IMG/VR virus record: IMGVR_UViG_3300044970_002813
Source of the DNA: a virus
Direction: 5' to 3' (one strand)
Length of the DNA: 11,752 bases
Part shown: in pieces, positions 7,016 to 11,752 of the stretch
Layout: each line of letters starts with the position of its first letter
Position numbering within the stretch: the stretch's first letter is position 1
The notes under the pieces: generated by a model
The model's database searches: none
Told to the model about the DNA's origin: nothing
Seen by the model: the letters and a program-made list of their open reading frames with translations, nothing else
Position numbers and translations under genes: made by a program

Positions 7016-7273
7016 ATGGATCCGATGCTAGAAATAAAAATAAATAATACTATCAATGAGATAAACAACCAGCTTAAAAACGAGTATATAGATAACTCAG
7101 TAGCTAGAACATTAATGTCTTTATCCGTTAATAGGATTTCTTTACTTATGACTCATATAGGTTTTATAGAGACCAAGCTTGAATCTACTATTGAATCTAA
7201 TAAAATTCTTTCTGTTAATGCTGAAAATCTTATAGCTGAAAATCAAAGATTAAGTCAAATAGCTAAATATTAA
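7016..7273 (+). CDS. Hypothetical coiled-coil-like protein (85 aa)
   Basis: Good RBS AAGGAG 8 nt upstream; coiled-coil character. Confidence 0.75.
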   Translation: MDPMLEIKINNTINEINNQLKNEYIDNSVARTLMSLSVNRISLLMTHIGFIETKLESTIESNKILSVNAENLIAENQRLSQIAKY

Positions 7274-7284
7274 TATATTTTTTT

Positions 7285-7350
7285 AAAACCCAATTTAGAT
7301 TACGCTCATACAGAAGGTCTTGGCTTAACTTAAAACCCACTTAGATCACG
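7285..7350 (+). repeat. Imperfect direct repeat pair in intergenic region
   Basis: AAAACCCAATTTAGATTACG (7285-7304) and AAAACCCACTTAGATCACG (7332-7350). Confidence 0.45.
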
Positions 7351-7375
7351 GTCTAATGGATATTTTAATAGTTAT

Positions 7376-8729
7376 ATGGTTACTATATTGCCTATGGCTG
7401 AACCAATTCCCCCTGTACCAACACCATCTATTGCAGACATACTTGCTGCTGAACCATATGGGGTAGTGATTGGTACCGATACGCAGACAAAAGAAGCGGT
7501 GTATACTGCTAAGGTTGATAAAATAACAAGAAACCTTGAAGACTTTCTGGCTAATGCAGGTATAATAGAGCCTTTACCAGAAGGAGCTGAACCAAGACAC
7601 TCTTCTATTCATCCTAAACTAAGAGATGGAAAACTTGTTGTTTTTCACTCTACTCCAAATCCAGTACCACCACATCAAGCAGTTCACAGAAATGTAATTG
7701 AAACAATATTTCATTCTGAAAGAAGATCTGCCCTAAATGTTCCAAGATTAGTTTTTGATGCTATGGAAAAAGGCGATAGCTCTCCTGAATTAATGAGTAT
7801 ACTAGAACAGTTGGATGAAAATAAAAGAAAGATAATGCCCGGTATTTCTGAAGGAAAAGAATTTGTTTGGAATTCAATTTGGGAAGACAGAAAACCAGAA
7901 TTTCCTGAAAGAAAAAAACTTATAGGAGAATTTTCTGCAATACTAGAAAAAACAGATGCTGACTTTCACCCTAAGCTACAACAACTTATAGCTGACAATA
8001 AACTAAGTAGCTTAGGTTCCGACATAGCGGGAATAAGAGGGCACAATGCGCCTGGAGTATTTCATGCTGGAACCGTAAGATCCGCTGTTGAAAGAAATAA
8101 TTTACCACATATGCAATGGCTCTTAAGTTATCAAGAAGAAACGCAAAAAATGGGAGCTAGTGCAAATCCAATGTTTCTTCATGCCTATGAAATAGATCCC
8201 ATGCATGTGACTGCTGACATAATGAAAGACGAAGCTAAATTAGGTGGTATAGCTGGAGCAACTGATGAAGCCGTAGAACTTTTTGAAAATAGAAAATTAA
8301 TATCAGAAAGAGTTCGGAGGAAAAAGCGATACGGGAATAGTAGCAAAAGCTATAGACGCAATAAGGTCCCGTAGCATAATACCGTATCGCAACACAGTAG
8401 AAGATAAAGGATCTCTTTCTTTTATTGTTCCAAAGCACTCTACTAGAGATGGTGGTCCAGTTAAATATCTTGGTGGTTTTGATATTAAAGAGATTCTATC
8501 AATGACACAAGACGCCACCATATTACATACTCCAATGGCTCCAACTTCTGAAATGAAAAAATCTTTAGATGTTATTAGTCCCGCTGCGCCAACTCATGCT
8601 GGTGTTTCCTCTAAAAGACTATTAGAAGCCGCAGAACAAACAGCAGAAGCAGTGGCCGGTGGAACAAAAAATTCACGTGCTCTTAGAGCAACAGCAGCTG
8701 CAGCAAGTATTATTAGAAGAAGATTATAG
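7376..8729 (+). CDS. Large hypothetical (possible virion/accessory) protein, encoded in two frames joined by a +1 change at CGGA 8315-8318
   Basis: Frame 7376.. reads to ...LISERV; with CGGA as Gly it continues GGKSDTGIVAKAIDAIRSRSIIPYRNTVEDKGSLSFIVPKHSTRDGGPVKYLGGFDIKEILSMTQDATILHTPMAPTSE...ASIIRRRL* to 8729. Start may be ATG 7394. Confidence 0.65.
8315..8318 (+). other. Candidate quadruplet codon / +1 recoding site 2 (AGA GTT CGGA GGA)
   Basis: Change must lie between TAA 8298-8300 (destination frame) and TAG 8372-8374 (initial frame). In-frame CGG at 8315. Confidence 0.55.
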
Positions 8730-8740
8730 GTTAATTTAAC

Positions 8741-10133
8741 ATGGCAACAGTTGATTTATTAGAAGTAGCTAAAACTTTAGATCCCCGATTTGCACAAAAT
8801 ATGCCACAAGAAGTGGCTGATGCTTTTGCAAATGGAGAAATAGTTAGAATTTTTAGGACAGGAAAATTTATTGCACCAAAAGCTACTGATCCATCTAATA
8901 GAAATTTTATGGGATTCACTCCTGATCCGCACGGAGAATATACTGGTTCAATATACGCTGTTCGTAAAGACGGATCAGTTGCAAGATTTAAAAATCCAGA
9001 AATAGCTTCTGAACATGCTATGATGGGATCCTCGACTTCAGATGCTGGATGGAACGCAAAAACAAGAGGTAAACCTGGAGAATCTCCATTTTTTAATAGG
9101 GCCCATGTTTTTGAAATGGGAGAAGGAACTCCAGGCGAGCAAGCTTTATTTGATACTCAAAGAGCAGGCATTCACAGTACTCAAACTGGTAGGCAAATAC
9201 TGCATTTACTAGAAAACGAACCTAGAGTAGCTGGATCTTTTACTCCGATTATGGGTGATCCAAGAGAACTAATGGGAGGCGTGAGTAGAGCAATTATAGA
9301 GAGTGATATACCAGCTCCTGGACAAAGTGCTACGATGCTTGCTAACCATTTGGGTGATGAGATAACCGACATATATGACATTACTGGAGAAAGATACTAC
9401 TTTAGCGCTGACATGACAGCAAACGCAGGAAGAGGCGCACGTGGAGGTGTAGTTCAGGAAACTGTAGATAATTTTATGTCTAGAAAAAAGGGGCGGTCCT
9501 GCACCAGTGGTTTCCGTTCCCCCAACTCCAAAACCAACTCCTTCTAATACTCCTGTCGCTCCAGTTACTCCAACTAAACCAAAGACTCCTGCACCTAAAC
9601 CAACAGTAAAACCCACTCCACCAAAACCTAAACCCACTCCAAAAATTAAACCAGGAAAAATACTTCCTTCTCCTGGTTCTCCTGGCGGTGTTGTTATCAC
9701 CCCTATACCTACGCCTACGCCTACACCAAAGCCTGCGCCAATTCCCTCTAGTAAGTCTACTAAAATTACTCCAAAAGTAACTCCAAGAAGATATCCTAAG
9801 CCTACTCCTATGAGATATGATTCTGATAAACTAAATAAATTAAGACCACTGCCTAAATATAAAGATGTTTTAGTTGCGGGCATCACAGCTTCTCCAGGCT
9901 CTTCTCCAGCTGCTGTAGCTACAGCAGCTGCGACTACTCCAGCGGGATCATCCATTGCGTTTAGAGACCTAATCAAAAACAAAGCTAAAGCTATTTCTGG
10001 TTCAAGCGTAATAAAAAAATATCAAAATATTACTAATACAAAATTAACAATGGGCGGAATAGCTGCAGCCGGCCTTGCTACTTCTATTGCTGTCAGCAAA
10101 AATAGATTATCCGAAAAAGAAAAAAGACGATAA
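8741..10133 (+). CDS. Large hypothetical protein with proline-rich linker and Ala/Gly-rich C-terminus, encoded in two frames joined by a +1 change at CGGT 9494-9497
   Basis: Frame 8741.. reads to ...VQETVDNFMSRKKG; with CGGT as Gly it continues GPAPVVSVPPTPKPTPSNTPVAPVTPTKPKTPAPKPT... to the stop at 10133. Confidence 0.65.
9494..9497 (+). other. Candidate quadruplet codon / +1 recoding site 3 (AAG GGG CGGT CCT)
   Basis: Change must lie between TAG 9465-9467 (destination frame) and the initial-frame stop ending at 9547. The only CGG in the interval is in-frame at 9494. A6G4 tract (9484-9493) immediately upstream. Confidence 0.5.
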
Positions 10134-10169
10134 CATGTGATACAATATACCCACAGGCAACTGTCTGTT

Positions 10170-10243
<74 letters not shown>

Positions 10244-10281
10244 ACAAGGAGTAAAACTGGAAAAAATATAAAAGGATTAGA

Positions 10282-10572
10282 ATGAACTATACAGAAACAT
10301 ACAAAAAAATATATTCAATTATATGTCAAGCTAACCTAGCACATGATAAAACACATGTAGCTGCACTTAGAATATCTGATGCTCTCAATGATATATTTGT
10401 TTATACTAATAAACAATTTCCAGAATTGTTAGATCAAATTTTAAGTGCAACGCAAGATTTCTGTGACGACATAAAAATTGGTGGATACGATTTAGATGAT
10501 AAAGGATTACCAATCGGAACGTCTATCTATAAAGATGGAACTAGTTTTCCCGGGTTAAATAATAACAAATAA
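10282..10572 (+). CDS. Hypothetical protein (96 aa)
   Basis: Intact ORF with AAAGGATTAGA upstream of ATG. Confidence 0.75.
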   Translation: MNYTETYKKIYSIICQANLAHDKTHVAALRISDALNDIFVYTNKQFPELLDQILSATQDFCDDIKIGGYDLDDKGLPIGTSIYKDGTSFPGLNNNK

Positions 10573-10671
10573 TATTTGTGCCAATTTCTTATCATGTTTA
10601 TGATAAACAGTATTGTATTGATAAATGTCATGGTAATATAGTAAGACAATTTTTGTAAAGAAAGAAAGTTA

Positions 10672-11682
10672 ATGAAAAAGAAAGTATTTTTAACAGGTGC
10701 TGGCGGTTTTGTCGGACACCATACATTGGAACATATCTTAAAGACTACAGATTGGGATGTAATAATTAATGATTCATTCCGTCATCGTGGAGTTACTGAT
10801 AGAATAACTTCTATTTCATGCTGGGATGAAGAAAGACATCGTGTTAAACTAATCACGCATGATCTTACCGTTCCATTTTCTGACGTAATGATAAAAGAAA
10901 TTGGTCACATTAACTACATTATTTCCATGGCATCTGATTCTCATGTCGATAGATCAATTACGGACCCAGCTCCATTTATCATGAACAATGTTGCCCTTTC
11001 AGTCAACATGCTTGAGCTAGCTCGCAAGATTGAGCCAGAGATGTTCTTACATGTGTCTACAGATGAAGTTTACGGTCCCGCACCAAAGGGTTATGCTCAC
11101 AAAGAATGGGATACCATCCTTCCTTCTAATCCATACTCTGGCTCAAAAGCGGCACAAGAAGCTGCATGCATTTCATATTGGAGAACATTTGGGATTCCAG
11201 TTGTTATAACAAATACAATGAATATTATTGGAGAACGCCAAGACCCAGAGAAGTTTGTACCAAAGATTATGTATTGCTTGGAAAAAAATATTCCAATGAC
11301 TATTCATGGTACGCCAGAAAATATTGGTTCTAGATATTATCTTCATGCAAGAAATCAAGCAGATGCCCTTTTGTTTATATTAAAGAATCTACCAGCTGTT
11401 GCATATCCAAATGCAGATCGCCCAGACAAGTACCATATTGTTGGCGAACGAGAAGTAGATAACTTACAAATGGCCAAGCTTGTTGCTTTCTACTGGGGTA
11501 AGGATCTTAAGTTTGAGTTTGAAGATTTCCATACAACAAGACCGGGTCACGATCTTCGTTACGCTCTTGATGGGACTAAGCTTGCAGAAGCTGGTTGGAA
11601 GGCTCCAATCCCGTTAGAAAAGTCTTTACAGACAACAGTTGAGTGGACCAAGAAACATCCAGAATGGTTATGGAGAGTCTAG
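10672..11682 (+). CDS. NAD-dependent epimerase/dehydratase, dTDP-glucose 4,6-dehydratase-like (SDR family)
   Basis: GAGGFVG nucleotide-binding motif, SDSHVDRSI, VSTDEVYG, PYSGSKAAQE (YxxxK), NTMNIIGERQDPEKFVPK. Confidence 0.9.
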   Translation: MKKKVFLTGAGGFVGHHTLEHILKTTDWDVIINDSFRHRGVTDRITSISCWDEERHRVKLITHDLTVPFSDVMIKEIGHINYIISMASDSHVDRSITDPAPFIMNNVALSVNMLELARKIEPEMFLHVSTDEVYGPAPKGYAHKEWDTILPSNPYSGSKAAQEAACISYWRTFGIPVVITNTMNIIGERQDPEKFVPKIMYCLEKNIPMTIHGTPENIGSRYYLHARNQADALLFILKNLPAVAYPNADRPDKYHIVGEREVDNLQMAKLVAFYWGKDLKFEFEDFHTTRPGHDLRYALDGTKLAEAGWKAPIPLEKSLQTTVEWTKKHPEWLWRV

Positions 11683-11752
11683 GTAATAGACTTAATTGCC
11701 CTACCTGCTGCCTTAATTACTTTTGAACCACTAGCTGATTTTACGGCATCAT
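11679..11752 (-). CDS. C-terminal end of a convergent hypothetical gene (partial)
   Basis: Reverse strand is open from the window edge: DAVKSASGSKVIKAAGRAIKSIT*, stop at 11681-11679 inside the CTAG shared with the epimerase stop. Only 23 codons visible. Confidence 0.35.
   Translation of the reverse strand, partial: DAVKSASGSKVIKAAGRAIKSIT

Noticed and set aside
8502-8729. Independent 75-aa gene at 8502
   Set aside because: No RBS, and the same frame is open with sensible sequence far upstream to 8301; better read as the 3' part of the recoded gene.
9484-9490. Classic -1 programmed frameshift at AAAAAAG
   Set aside because: A -1 shift enters the wrong frame; the downstream ORF is in the +1 (equivalently -2) frame.
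9269-9982. Large minus-strand ORF 9269..9982 (237 aa)
   Set aside because: Gly/Val repeat pattern is the antisense shadow of the proline/threonine-rich + strand linker.
9507-10133. Independent GTG-start gene at 9507
   Set aside because: No RBS, and the proline-rich sequence begins before the GTG (GPAPV...); better read as the 3' part of the recoded gene.

Overview
The window is a compact, AT-rich, almost entirely + strand block that looks like part of a fairly large tailed-phage genome. Recognisable products are a split MerR/excisionase-type HTH protein, an SSB-like protein, a Fe-S uracil-DNA-glycosylase-superfamily protein, a KTSC-domain protein, a proteasome-beta/HslV-like Ntn hydrolase, small zinc-ribbon proteins, two long probable virion or accessory proteins, and a dTDP-glucose 4,6-dehydratase-like SDR. 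There are two tRNA genes, Arg(UCU) and Gly(UCC). The main finding is that three genes are each broken by a +1 frame change. At all three junctions the window that must contain the change holds an in-frame CGG codon (CGGA at 465, CGGA at 8315, CGGT at 9494). Reading CGGN as one 4-nt glycine codon restores continuous proteins, including a textbook REKxGxxPxP MerR motif. The tRNA-Gly gene lies 37 bp downstream of the third gene and has the atypical anticodon loop C-U-U-C-C-G-A. Its UCCG (positions 34-37) is complementary to CGGA, so it could be a natural quadruplet-decoding tRNA. By hand scan, only one other in-frame CGG exists in a credible CDS (3402, CGGC), and it must be read as a triplet. Secondary findings are the phage proteasome-like hydrolase with mature-type N-terminus, the UDG-like protein with degenerate catalytic motifs, a structured intergenic RNA candidate (about 6840-6995), and a CDS whose stop codon lies inside a tRNA gene.
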